A stretch of DNA of 62,840 bases, counting the filler, from Chiloscyllium plagiosum (Eukaryota): the NCBI RefSeq assembly GCF_004010195.1. It is 5 parts of one record of this genome, joined end to end, with 100 filler letters (N's around TTAATTAATTAA, not from the genome) between each part and the next. Parts side by side here need not be neighbours in the genome. Positions count along the whole stretch, not along the records: positions 1 to 26,264 come from NC_057710.1; 4 more parts are not named here. One strand, given 5' to 3'. Positions 12,146 through 24,699 of the stretch are shown in pieces. Positions within the stretch are counted from its first letter, which is position 1. Every line of letters begins with the position of its first letter. The notes under the pieces were generated by a model. The model was not told the DNA's origin. It ran no database searches and saw nothing but the letters and a program-made list of their open reading frames with translations. The position numbers and the translations under genes were made by a program.

Positions 12146-12378
12146 GCCTTGCAGGGGAGATACCAGTGTTGGACTGGGGTGGACAAAGTTACACATCACA
12201 CAACACCAGGTTATAGCCCAACAGATTTATGTGGAAGCACTAGCTTTCAGAGCGCTGCTCCTTCATCAGGTAGCTATGATCCTGCCCCACGATCTATCTG
12301 ATGGAGGAGCGGTGCTCCAAAAGGTAGTACTTCCACATAAACCTGTTGGACTACAACCTGGTGTTGTGTGATTTTTAA
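12146..12378. mobile_element. Palindromic Penelope-derived insert (family B) with TSD
   Basis: Inverted arms (CACACAACACCAGGTT... / ...AACCTGGTGTTGTGTG). TSD CTTTATTGG(T/C)CA at 12134-12145 and 12379-12390. Confidence 0.75.
12238..12272 (-). ncRNA. Candidate minimal hammerhead ribozyme
   Basis: Minus strand CCTGATGAAGGAGCAGCGCTCTGAAAGCTAGTG: CUGAUGA, stem II GGAGC/GCUCU, GAAA, palindromic AGCU. Confidence 0.55.
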
Positions 12379-12485
12379 CTTTATTGGCCAATACATTGAG
12401 TATAGGAGTTGGGAGGTCATATTGCAGCTGTACAGGGCATTTGTTAGGCCATGTTTTAGGGGGATGGGCTTAGATTAGTTCACAG

Positions 12486-12665
12486 CTGAGAGTGTGGTGC
12501 TGGAAAAGCACAGCAGGTCGGGCAGCATCAGAGGAGCAGGAAAATCGATGGACTCAGGCCTGAAACGTTGATTTTCCTGCTCCTCGCATGCTGCCTGACC
12601 TGCTGTGCTTTTCCAGCACCACTCTCTCAATTCTGATCTCCAGCATCTGCAGATCTCACTGTCTC
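12486..12665. mobile_element. Palindromic Penelope-derived insert (family A) with 17-bp TSD
   Basis: Arms GAGAGTGTGGTGCTGGAAAAGCACAGCAGGTC / GACCTGCTGTGCTTTTCCAGCACCACTCTC. TSD CTTAGATTAGTTCACAG at 12469-12485 and 12666-12682. Confidence 0.8.
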
Positions 12666-13544
12666 CTTAGATTAGTTCACAGGTCGGTGCAACATTGAGG
12701 GCTGAAGGGCCTGTTCTGTGCTGTTTTGTTCTATGTTCTATGTTTTCAATACCATGTGCAATTCTGGTCTCCCTGCTGTCGGAAGGATGTTGTGAAACTT
12801 GAAAGGGTTCTGAAAAGATTTACATGGATGTTGCCAGGGTTGGAGGATTTGAGCTATAGGGAGGGGCTGAATAGGCTGGGGCTGTTTTCCCTGGAGCGTC
12901 GGAGGCTGAGGGGCGACCTTACAGAAGTTTATAAAATCATAAGGGACTTGGATAGGGTAAATAGACAAGATCTTTTCCCTGGGGTTGGGGAGTCCAGAGC
13001 TAGAGGGCATAGGTTTAGGGTGAGAGTGGAAAGATATAAAAGGGACCTAAGGGGAAACTTTTTCATGCAGAGGGTGGTACGTGTATAGAATGAGTTGCCA
13101 GAGGATGTGGTGGAGGCTGGTACAATTACAACATTTAAAAGGCATCTGGATGGGTGTGTGAATGGGAAGGGGTTAGAGGGAAAATGCCGGCAAATGGGAT
13201 TAGATTAGTTTAAGATATCTGGTCGGCATGGACGAGTTGGACCAAAGGGTCTGTTTCTGTGCTCAATGACTCTATGATTCAAAAGGTGAGGGAAACAACG
13301 AAAATATTAAATAACACAAGCAACTGCAGATGCTAGAAATCTGAAACAAAAACAGAAATTCCTGGAGAAACTCAGCAGGTCTGACAGCATCTGTGGAGAG
13401 AGAAACAGAGTTGACATTTCAAGTGTTGTACTTGGTTTGATTCATTATTGTCACGTACTGAAATACAGTGAAATATTTTGTGTGCTATCCATGCAAATCA
13501 GGGTCATAAAACAGAATGAAGAATATAGTGTTCCAGCTGCCGAG

Positions 13545-14845
13545 AAGGTGTCGAGAAAGATTTACCAGAATGTTGCCCAGGATTGGAACGTTTGAGTTAT
13601 CGGGAGAGGCTGGATAGACTGGGATGTTTTTCCAGTGTGGGAAGTTGAGAGCTGACTTTACAGAGGTTTATACAATCATGAGGAGTTTAGAAAAGGTGGG
13701 GGATTTCAAAACTGGAGGTGGGGGGTGGGGGTGGTCATATTTTTAAGTTGTGAAGAGAAAGATTTAAAAGGGACATAAGTGGCAACTTTTTTACATAGAG
13801 AGTGGTTCGTATGTGAAATAAACTTCCAGAGGAAGTGGTGGATGCGAGTACAGTTACAATATTTAAATGATATTTGGATAAGTAGATGAATAAGAAGTGT
13901 TTGGAGGGATATGTGCCAAATGCAGGTAGGTGGGACTAGTTTAGTTTGGAATTGTGCTCAGCATGGACTGGTTGAATTGAAAGGTCTGTTTCTGTGCTAT
14001 ATGACTCTAACAACATTGATATGTAAGTGGTCCATTCAAAAGTCTGTTAAATGACTCTTCTTAAGCACAAAAGCACACCATTTGGTGATGTTTGTGTCAT
14101 TTTTATTTGTGTAAATGAGAAAGAGGGAATGAGTTGAGTAGATTCATAGAAAATGGTTGCAAGCCAAGGCCACTTGGCCATCCAGCCTATTCCAAAATTT
14201 GACTTGATCATGACTGATCCTCCATCTCAGTGTCTCCCTACCATTTTCTCCCCATGACCTTTTGCCTCTGGGTATCAGTACATTTCTTTCTTAAATATAT
14301 CCAGTGACTTTGCTTACAAAGCTAATTATAGTAGAAGAATTTAACACGATTGCTATAGGAAAGATGTTGTTAAACTGGAAAGAGTGCCGAAGAGATTTAC
14401 AAGGATGTTGCCAGGACTCAAGGGTCTGAGTTATAGGAAGAGGTTGGAGAAGCTGGGACTTTTTTCTTTAGAGCGTGGGAGACTGAGGGAGGAATCTTAT
14501 TGAGGCTATAAGATCATGAGAGGGAGAATGCACTCAGTCATTTTCCCAGGGTTGGGGAATTGAGGACTGGAGGGCATCAGTTTAGGGTTAGAGGGAAAGA
14601 ATAAAAGGGAACCTGAGAGGCAACCTTTTTACAGAGAGGGTGATACGTATATGGAATGAGCTGCCAGCGGAAGTGGTTGAGGTGGGTACATTAACAACAT
14701 TTAAAAGGCATTTGGACAACTACATGGATAGGAAAGGATTAGAAGGATATGGGCCAAGTGCAGGGAAATGGGGTTAGTGTGGATGGCCATTTTGGTCGGC
14801 ACCAACCAGTTTGGGTCAAAGGGCTATAGGACTTTATGACTCTGA
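13545..14845 (+). mobile_element. Two CR1 3' fragments (about 13545-14010 and 14350-14845)
   Basis: CR1 3' coding end and UTR motifs (GGAATGAGCTGCCAG, ACATTTAAAAGGCAT). Confidence 0.85.
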
Positions 14846-15289
14846 CAAAAAATGTGTTCTAACCTATCAGCAAAGAATATTCATTTTCACCGTTTTAAAA
14901 CATAGGAGTTGCATATACCAGGCGTGAGATACTAAATGATTTTTATGTGAGCCTTATTTTAATAAATTGTAATGTTCTTCCTCGTACATTGTAATTTTGT
15001 AAAGGATTGATATTTGTAAAGTATAGCTGCAGAAAAAGTGAAAGGAGTATGTATTCCTTCAGGGAATTAACATAAGCTAACAATGGGCTGAGAAAGAGCC
15101 ATTGTGGTAGTGCCCCAACTTTGGGCTCGGAGTCTCCTGTTCCAAAGGTGTGTAACAATATTGCTGAGCAGGGTGATTAGAAAGTAGGTTTAAAACAATA
15201 GGCTGAATGACCTCTTGTGAAAACTGTGTCCAAGGACTATGGCTGACTTGCTTCAATCTCACTTTACCACACTCTTCTGCCATTTCTTC

Positions 15290-15383
15290 GTTTCTTGGCT
15301 TCTGATATATTTTAAAATTCTTCACCTTCTTTCCAAATCCCTCCTTGGCCTCATGACACCTTAACTCTGCAATCTCCTTCAGC
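15290..15383 (+). mobile_element. L2 LINE 3' remnant
   Basis: TTTAAAATTC...CAAATCCCTCCTTGGCCTC...CTCTGCAATCTCCTTCAGC resembles the L2 FKSLHGLAPPYL region. Confidence 0.5.
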
Positions 15384-17704
15384 AAGCTGGTACACTTAAC
15401 TTCTCGTTAAAAGCAGGAAATTAGTATTCTTTACTGATATGTTTGAACTGATACCTGATCCACTCTTCTGTCCCTCCACCCTGAGTTCACTCACTGAAAT
15501 CTTAAGCTCTCCCTACCCTTTTTATCATCTCTTTGCATCTTTTACATGGGCAGACAAGTGGCAGCCGGAGTTTAATGCAGAGAAATGCAAGGGAAGGTAT
15601 TTTGGCAAAATAGATAAGGAGGGGAATTTTTGGCTTTATCTTCTGAAGAAAGCAGGGAGAGACAGTGTTGGATGTGGTGGGACTGATTGGTAGAGCAAAT
15701 AGCAAACCATGAGAGATCATAGGCTTTGTGACTAAAGGTATTAGGTACATCAATAGGGAGATACACTGGACCTCTACGGTTCAGTAACATCCATAAAATT
15801 GCATCCAGTTCTGGTCACCATAGTTTGGGAAAGGTGCCTGTGGGGATTCAGAGGGGTCTTTTTTTGGAATGATTCCAGTGCTGAGTGATTTTAACTGCAA
15901 TATTGCATCAGAGATGATAGGGTTATGCTCCTTCAAACAAATTAGTTGAGGGAAATTCAACGGCAAAGTGCAAGATAAGAGCAAATTTTGATGAGGCAGG
16001 CAAAGAAAACCTGTCCCTGTTAGCCGACAGTGAAAAGAATAGGAAGGATTTAGTGGGGTATGGGCCAAATGCTGGCAAAAGGGACTGGATCAACTTAGAA
16101 TATTTTGTTGGCATGGATGAGTTGGACCGAATGGTCTGTTTCTGCTGTGTGCAACTCTATGACTCTATAAAAAAAGCAGACATGCGTGTTAGATTTTGGG
16201 CCAAGAGATAGAGGAGGGAAATGAGAAAAAAAACTTGCCATGACCAGGAACTCACAGTGTGTAAAGGTGACGGAAGGAAACGCAATGACTGATTCCAAAC
16301 AGAGGTTTAACGGGCTCTTGAGGAACCCAGACTTACAGGGAACGATGAGGGTGAAGCAGGCAAATGGGACTGACTGGATTGCTGAAGACAGGGAACTCGA
16401 GTGGAATCGAGGAACGAAATGATCTCTTTATGTGCTGAAATGACTGATGATTCTCTGAACTTCACAATTTGAATAAGCTGTGGACTTTTCCCTCCCCTTG
16501 CACATCTCTTATGCGGCTCGGCGTCAAATTTTACTTTATTCTGTTGTAATGTTATTATTTTATTGAATGGTGGAGCAGATGCTGAATGGCCTATTTCTCT
16601 TCCTCCATTGTGGCTCCCTCCCTAAACATAACCAATGTGAGTTCAAATTCCACCAATCAAGTGTAGAAAAAGACTGGAATAAAATAATGGATCAGAGTAA
16701 ATGTGACCCATGATTTGCTTCTGTAAAAGTATAATGGACTCAGTAACATCCTCTGAGGCAGAAATCCTGCTGTACACCACCCTGTCTAGATTTGTATACT
16801 CCCCAATCCATGTATTAATGTGTTCTCCATGCTTCTTTCATGGGATGAGGACATCGCTGGCTGAGCCAACATTTATTGCCCGTCCCTAGTTGTCCCTTAA
16901 GAAGGTGGGGGTGAGCTGCTTTCTTGAACTGCTGCAGTCCATGTGCTGTAGGTTGACCCACAGTGCCCTTAGCGATGGAATTCCAAGATTTTGGTTGAGC
17001 AATGGCAATATTTACCTAAGTCAGCTGCCAGTGTGTACCTGTGGTGCAGGGATTAAAAACTACAGTGGTAGTCAGGGTTCCACTCTAATCAGGACTGCTT
17101 TATCCTGATTGGCTTTGAAGAGAATGTTTTCAGAGCTGCACCGATCCAGGCAGGTAGGGAGTATTCCATCACTCTCCTGACTTGTAGATAGTGGACAAGC
17201 TTTGGGATCAGGAGGTGAGTTACTCACTGCAGTACTCCTAGCCTCTGGTAGCCACTGTGCTTATATGGTGAGCCCAGTTGGTAGTCTTTGGTAACCCTCA
17301 GGATGTTGACAGAGGGGAAATCAGTGATGGTGATGCCATTGAATGTCAGAGGTTTTCTTTGGCTGGCATGTAAATGGTGCAAATATTACTTGACATTTAT
17401 CAGCCCAAGTTATAGACAATAGGTACAGGAGTAAGCCATTCGGCCCTTCGAGCCAGCACCACCATTCATTATGATCATAGTTGATCATCCACAATCAGTA
17501 TCCTGTACCTGCCTTATACTGTTGTCCTGATTGTGCTGCATATGAACACTTCAGTAGCTGAGGCTTGATGAATGGAGCTAAACATTGTACCACCATCACT
17601 CTGCTGTCCTCTCAAGTCACATAACTCACTGTTCCTTGATCGTCTGGCGATGTGGGCAATAAACAACAATGGTGCTACTTCTCTCTGAATAGGTATCTAG
17701 TTGT

Positions 17705-18480
17705 AGAATCATAGAAATTTACAGTACAAAAGGAGGCTATTTGACCTATTGTCTACACTGGCTCCTGAAAGAGCTACCCAGATGGGCCCACCCTGCAGCC
17801 CTAACTCCACAGCCCTCCAACTTCATCCCTTTCAGATGTATATCCAACTCTCTTTTGGAACCTCCTATGGAATTCACCTCCACCACTTTTCCGGGCAGCA
17901 CATTCCAAATCCCAACAACTCTGTGAGTGAAAAAGTTTCTCCCCATCTCATTCCTAGCTCTCTTGCTGACAATCTTAAAATTGTGAGCCCTAGTTACTGA
18001 CTTACCAACTAGTGGAAAAAGAATATTCTTCTTTACTTTGAACAGCTCAATAAGGTCACATATTAATCTTCTGTGCTCCAAGGAGAATAAACCCAATCTT
18101 TCTGATCTTCGCTTGTATTTAAATCCCCTCATTCCTGTATCACTCTGGTAAGTCTACTTTGCACTGTCTCCGGGGCTTTAACATTTTCCCTTAAATAAGT
18201 TTCCCAGAATTGAACACAATACTCCGAATGTGGCCTGACCAATGACTGGTCGAGGTGCAGCATCACATCATTGCTTTAATACCGTACGCCTCTTATTTAT
18301 AAACCCAAGGATCCCAGAAGCCTCTTGGCAATCGTTTCACTTTGCCTGGCCCCCTTCAGAGAATCATGCACATGAACCCTGAGGTCCCTCTGCTCCTGCA
18401 CTCCCCTCAAAGTTGTACCATTGAGTCTGTATTGTCTTCCCATGTTTTTTCTACCAAAATCCATCGCCTCACATTTCTCT
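17705..18480 (-). mobile_element. CR1 LINE 3' fragment
   Basis: ORF 17746-18132 (LGLFSLEHRRL...FFTHRVVGIWNVLP). Confidence 0.85.
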
Positions 18481-19479
18481 ATTATCTGTCTTGCTGTGTG
18501 AGACGAACTCAAACACTGCTTACTGTCGTGTGAAATATTGCTGAGGTGAATTCTGGATGTGTGGCCCTGATTCCCCATCAGCGGTTTTACTTGGTGTCTC
18601 TTTGATAAAGAAAATGCCACCAGATTTCAGCAGTCTCAGTGTGTCCAACCCTGTGCACTCGAAACCCACAGAATCCACCTATTTTCAGCCAGTGAGGCCC
18701 AAGTGATTACTTTGGTTCCTCTTTCACATGAAGCAGGGTGTGAGCTGATGGTGCTTGTGTCTCAATATTAACGGCCTCATCACTACCCCCACCCCCCACC
18801 CCCCCACCTTGTCCCCATCTTTACTTAGAAAAGTCAGTTTGTTTACCGTAATTCTGGTAAATGGGACGTCTCTGGAGGGAAAGAAGTAAAGTTGAGCTTC
18901 TTGTGCAAACTATCTCATTATTTTAAACTATCTTAAAAGTGCAGCTTTGAGCATTCTTCCGGTTGGATTCTTTTAAATAAAAAAAACATACTTGAACATA
19001 TAGATATCAGCAATTGTCAATGCTGAGTATTCAGGAAGTGTTTGAAAATTGGTAACAGTCTGCCGAGGCTTGATAGGGGGACATTTCCTCTCTGCTGGGC
19101 AGAATATGAGCAATTATAGCAATACTGTGTCGTTTGAGGGTGTTGTGGTGAACGAAGAAATAAGGAACTAACAGCAGAAGTGAGTATTGGGAGTGACAAG
19201 TCCCACAGAGAACTCTGAAGTGGCAGGGTGTTGGGTAATCGTTCAGTTACAAACTGCTGGAGGAGGGGATGAAAGTAACCAACTCCAATTTCCATCCCTG
19301 ACCCACGGGAAAAATTAAATGTGAAAGGGCTGGAGAGGTCTGTCAGCATCTGAAGCAAAGATGAGAGGTTCTTACACACAGACTGTGGCCTGAAGGAATG
19401 GGTTCATTCATTCCCCTTTAGGCTGTTATCCAAAACAAGAGGAGGCCATACAATCATACAGTCACAGTCATACAGTCAT

Positions 19480-20050
19480 AGAGTCCTACAGCGCAGAGAT
19501 AGGCCCAATGGCCCAATCTGGTCCATGCCGACCAAAATGTCCATCCACGCTAACCCTATTTCCCTGCACTTAGCCCATATCCTTCCAATCCTTTCCTATA
19601 CATGAATTTGTCCAAATGCCCTTTAAATGTTGTCAGTGTACCTGCCTCAACCACTTCCACTGGCAGCTCATTCCATACATGTACCACTCTCTGTCGAAAA
19701 AAAGTTGTGCCCCAGGTTCCCTTTTATTCTTTCCCCTCTAACCTTAAACTGATGCCCTCTAGTCTGTGATTCTCAACCCTGAGAAAAAGACTGAGTGCAT
19801 TCACCCTTTGCATACCTCTCATGATCTTTTACAGCTCTATATGATTCCCCCTCAGTCTCCTATTCTCTAAAGTTCCAGCTTGTCCAACCTCTCCCTATAG
19901 CTCAGATTGTCGAGTCCTGGCAACATCCTTGTAAATTTCTTCTGCACTCTTTCCAGTTTAATAACATCCTTCCTATAACAAGGTGACCAAAACTGAACAC
20001 AATACTCCAAGTGCAGCCTCACCAACGTCCTGCACAACTGCAACATAATC
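19480..20050 (-). mobile_element. CR1 LINE 3' fragment
   Basis: ORF 19867-20070 (LEYCVQFWSPCYRKD). Confidence 0.85.
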
Positions 20051-20580
20051 CTGTCACAAATAGAGACCATTTAGCCCCTAAAGACTAGTACACAGGAACA
20101 GGAGAAGACTGTTGTAGTTGGAGAATGACAACTGCTACCAGTGGTAGTTTCTTATCATCAAGTGAGTCCCCAAAATGTGAGGAGGCTTTTGTCTGACCAC
20201 AAAGTGGTTTCTTGCAGATTTGTAATTGGGAGCAAGTTACATAGAACAGTACAGCACAGAACAGGCCCTTCAGCCCACGATGTTGTGCGATGATGTTACA
20301 ATAGCAGGGCAAAAAATTATCAAACCAGTATGATGATATCAGACTGGGTGGTGTTTAAAGTGGTTTTCAACATGAACACTTTCAGAATCATGACCTTATA
20401 TAGCACCTTCCTCCCAAGCCTTCTTGCCCAGAGTTAACATGGGTACAGTTATGGATGTAGTTACATTTGCCAACACTCGATCTTCACCCCAATCTCTAAT
20501 TACACAAAAGCAGGCAGTCTAGAGATTCACAGTTCTTCTGGGATGCTCTCTCTTCAGACTTAATCTTTAGCTTGAGGAGT

Positions 20581-20910
20581 AGGGGTGGTGATGGCCTGGT
20601 ACTGTTATTGCTGCACTGTTAATCCAGAGACCCAGCTCACATACTGGGGATCTGGGTTCGAATCGCAACATGGCAGAAGGTAGAATTCAATAAAAGAATT
20701 AAAGAGTCTAATGGTGACTGTGAATCCATTGTCAATTGTCAGGATAAACCCATCAGGGTCTCTAATGTCCTGTAGGGAAGGAAACTGCCATCCTTACCCA
20801 GTCTGGCCTACATGTGAGTGGGTGACTCTTAATGTCCCTCTGGGCAATTAGAGACGGGTAATACGTGTTGGCCTAGCCAGCGATACTCTCATCCTGTGAG
20901 TGAATAAAAA
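20581..20910 (+). mobile_element. tRNA-derived SINE sharing its 3' tail with the second-family LINE
   Basis: B-box GGTTCGAATC near 20655. Tail GGGCAATTAG...GGCCTAGCCAGCGATACTCTCATCCTGTGAGTGAATAAA resembles 35645-35712. Confidence 0.65.
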
Positions 20911-20952
20911 TAAACTCTTATTCTTGATGCTGTTCTTGACCCTGCATTGTCT

Positions 20953-21458
20953 ACATCGGGGAGACAATCCTTCTTGCAGATTGTTTCAGAGAACATCTCT
21001 AGGACACCAGCACTCATCAACTCCACCGTCCCGTGGCTGAACACTTCAACTCCCCTTCCCACTCCATCAAGGACATGCCGGTCCTGGGCCTCCTCCACTG
21101 CCAAATTGTTACCACCCGACGCCTGGAGAAGGAGCCCTGCAACCACACAGGATAAATGTGGATTTCAACAGCTTCCTCATTTCCTCTCCCCCCACATTAT
21201 CCCAGTCCTAAGCCTCTAACTCGGTACTGCCCTCCGGACCCGTCCATCACTGCCCCCTCAGACCTATCACCTTGTCCCTCACCTTCATCCACCTATCACT
21301 TTCCCAGCTACCTCCCCCAACCCCACTCCCCCTCCCACTTATCTCTCAGCCCCAACCCACAAGCCTCATTCCTGATGAAGGGCTTATGCCAGAAACATCG
21401 ATTTTCCTGCTCCTCGGATGCTGCCTGACCTGCTGTGCTTTTCCAGTCCCACATTCTC
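20953..21458 (+). mobile_element. 5'-truncated Penelope-like element (GIY-YIG C-terminus plus terminus) with 15-bp TSD
   Basis: YIGET...RFREHL...HFNS-like translation, terminal CTGATGAAGGGCTTATGCCAGAAAC, TSD GACCCTGCATTGTCT at 20938-20952 and 21459-21473. Confidence 0.8.
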
Positions 21459-22349
21459 GACCCTGCATTGTCTGTAAAGTCTCTGACCACCGGGGGACCT
21501 CCTATGTCTGGGATGCCTTTTGTTGAAGGTGTCACTCTTGCTAAACCAGGTAGTTGGTTCATTACCTCCTTTGAAGGAATCTAATCGCCTAAGTTTCTTT
21601 CACAAAGAGAACCTCTTCCCTAGTGAATCAAGTAGTTGCCACATACTAACATCCGTCCTTAGATAAGGAGACAGGTACTGTGCAGAGTATACTGGATGTA
21701 GTCTATTAATGCGTCATATCAATGAAGCATAACCTTCCTACTTTTGGATTCAATTCCCTTTGTCAATAGGGAAGGAAACTGCAATCCCTACCTGGTCTGG
21801 CCTCCATGTGACTCCAGACCCACAACAATGTAGTTGACTCTTAAAAATTTGAGATAACCAATAAATGCTAGCCCAGCCCACGGTGATGCCCGCATCGCGT
21901 AAATGACTAAGATAGAAAGGAAACAAAAATCACTTCTATTTGCTTTCCTCAGATTATTTGTTGTATCTGTAGAATGACTCTTTACTTCAACATACAGACA
22001 AGGTTGAATTCACCCTCTTATAATTGTCTTCCTGTTGGACACACTATGTTTAAATCCTCAGGACTGCTGCTGACTTTATCACCAATACAGATAATTCTTC
22101 ACTGGGTGACAGAAAATGGAAATATTTCTCTTGAATTTGGTTCTGGAGTACTGCCAGTTTTGGTCACCCTGCTATCAGAAAGTTATTATTAAACTGGAGA
22201 GGGTTCAGAAAGATTTACCAGGATGTTGTCAGGAATGGAGGAATTGAGATATAAAAATAGGCTGGATTTTCCAATGGACCATCGAAGGTTGAGGGGGTGA
22301 CCTTATAGGGGTTTATAAAATCATGAGGGGCACAGATTAGGTGAATATT

Positions 22350-22625
22350 CCAGAGCATTTGTATCTGTTGACTGACCTACTCACATGTGCTTTTATAGTT
22401 ATTATCTTTTAAAATAACAATGATTCCAAGGCTGTCCTTCTGTCAGGATTTGTAACTGATTCCTCTTGATCTCTGCTTCCAGTGTATCCTGAATACATTT
22501 CTCCAAAGTCAGTCTTCTTTGGAAATGGTCTAAGACTCATCAATAATTACAGCAATTGTGTCTGTTATGAATTCTGACTTCAAAGCTTTATAGTCACAGT
22601 ATTCCAATAATCTCTGGAAGCCATT
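22350..22625 (-). mobile_element. Gypsy-like LTR retrotransposon gag remnant
   Basis: FQRLLEYCDYKALKSEFITDTIAVIIDES...LTLEKCIQ resembles gag LYRLAEYCEYGALKDELIRDRIVVG...LTLEKAIQ. Confidence 0.55.
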
Positions 22626-23049
22626 CCCTAGGGTGGGCCAGTTGAAAACTAGGGGATATATTTTCAAGGTGAGAGGAGAAAGATTTAGAAAGGACATGAG
22701 GGTCAACGTTTTCACACAGAGAGTTGTTCGTATGTGGAATGAACTGCCAGAGGAAGTGATGGATGCAGGTACAGTTACAACATTTAAAAGACATTTAGAT
22801 AAGTAGATGAATAGGAAAGGTTTGGACTGATATGGACCAAATGCAGGTAAGTGGGACTAGTTTAATTTGGGATTATAGTCAGTGTGGAGTAGTTAGTCCA
22901 AAGGGTCTGTATCTATGCTGTATAACTCTTCCTGATTAAATTTAAACCTTCTATTAGGAACAAATTACTGCAGATGTTAGAATCTGTACTGAAAACTAGA
23001 ATTCCTGGAAATTGCAGTGAGTCAGGTAACATCCATGGAAAAAGAGAGC

Positions 23050-23123
23050 TAGCTAACGTTTCAAGTCTAGACGATTCTTCATCAAAGCTGATGAAGGGTC
23101 ATCTATACTCAAAACGTTAGCTT
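23050..23123. mobile_element. Palindromic Penelope-derived terminus (family C)
   Basis: AGCTAACGTTTCAAGTCTAGA...CTTCATCA AAG CTGATGAAG...TCTATACTCAAAACGTTAGCT inverted repeat with degenerate hammerhead cores. Confidence 0.6.
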
Positions 23124-24699
23124 GAATCTTCTATTACATTTATTCACCAGGTTGTATTAGTGCCTGGACAATTTCAGTTAAAGAATTAAAAATGAGCTCA
23201 CCTGGGTTATACTGCTCTTTCATTTTGACTGGTGGAGATTTAACCTGAAGGTCATCATGCCTCAGGTGGGAGGGAAAGGTTGAGAAGGAGACTCGGTGCA
23301 GGAAGTGGACCCACACTGTTGGTGTCACTCTGCATTGCAATACAGCCATTCAGCTGACTGAGAAACAGACTCTGTCAAACCTGAGTCAGCTTGAACACCA
23401 ATTTCTTCTCAGAATATCACTGGCTCCAGTGCATCGACATCTTTGTAGGAGTAATCCATGAGTGGTAGGAGTTTGTTGCTTTGCAACTGTGTTCTACATC
23501 TGTGCATCTTCTGAAAATGACCTATAGTTTTACAGACAGAGTTTTCTTTCATAGCTTGAGATTGAGCATTTGTATCTATTGACTGACCGACTCTTTGCGT
23601 TGGCATGTCGCATGTGCCTTTATGGTTAATACTTTTTAAAATAACAATGATTCCAAGGTTGCCCTTGTCTCAGTGTGGCCTAACTAAAGTTCTATGAAGC
23701 TGCAGCATAGGTTTCCCTATGCTAATACTCAATGCCCTTCCAATGAAGGCAAGCATGCCATTAATTTGGCCCTTTTACTCCCTTATCTACCTGCGCTGCC
23801 ACCTTCAGTGATCTGTGGACCTGCACACACCCAGATCTCTCTGCGTATCAATACTCCTAAGGGTTCTGCCATCTTAATAATTTCGTAACTTAGCTTAAGA
23901 ATTATTTTCTCCAAGATGCCTAGTACTGTTTTCTATTTGGCACATCTTGATATTAAATCTGTTAAGCAGTATTATTTCTCCAACCTAATGTGACGTTTTA
24001 CTTTTTCGACTTTAAAGCATTTTAATTCTGCAGTATCCCAAAGCTACTATATTCTCCTTGCTTTCAAAGTTTTTATACTGAAGTATATCCAAGCTGCTTT
24101 ACTCTCTGCTTAGTAAAGCTGTTTTAATTTCCTTTAAATGTTGAACTATCTCTGTATCTCTGCATTGTTTACTCAGGAGTTTTCCTGTGTTTTCTAAATA
24201 AAATGGAAGTTTTCAGTCTTCTTATGGACAAAATGGACAATTCCACATTTTTCATGACCTAACAAATAATGCCCATCATTTTTCACAATATTCCCAGTCC
24301 TGGTGATGCTACGTTCCAATCTTTCTCTCGCATGAGCCATAGATTATATTATGGATCCCCTGCTGTTAATAATCTTCTTGCTATCTTCTTCAGTGAGATT
24401 CTGTCTGCTTAGGCTTTTAAATTGTCCATTTACTGCCTTCCCTCTGGCTTCATGACACTACTCACATTTAATTGCTTGTATGGCCTGTGATTTACCTCCT
24501 GTAGCATTGTCTTGTGGTGTCAACTGTTATGGTGAGCTCCTTTTTAACCTCATGTCTTCACAGCCTGTTGTTTGGTCCTGTTAATTTAAAGTGTTCCTCT
24601 CGCCCAGTAGGGTTTTTTTTAAACTTGGCTGACAGAGTACCAACGCCTGCTCATTTCATAGCTGAAATTTTAATCAAGACTGTTCCTACACATATTTAC

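Larger units (their letters stand above)
12055..13280 (+). mobile_element. CR1 LINE 3' fragments interrupted by palindromic Penelope-derived inserts
   Basis: VQVHSSLKLESHVD... and HVQFWSPCCRKDVVKLERV...RGHRF. Confidence 0.85.
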
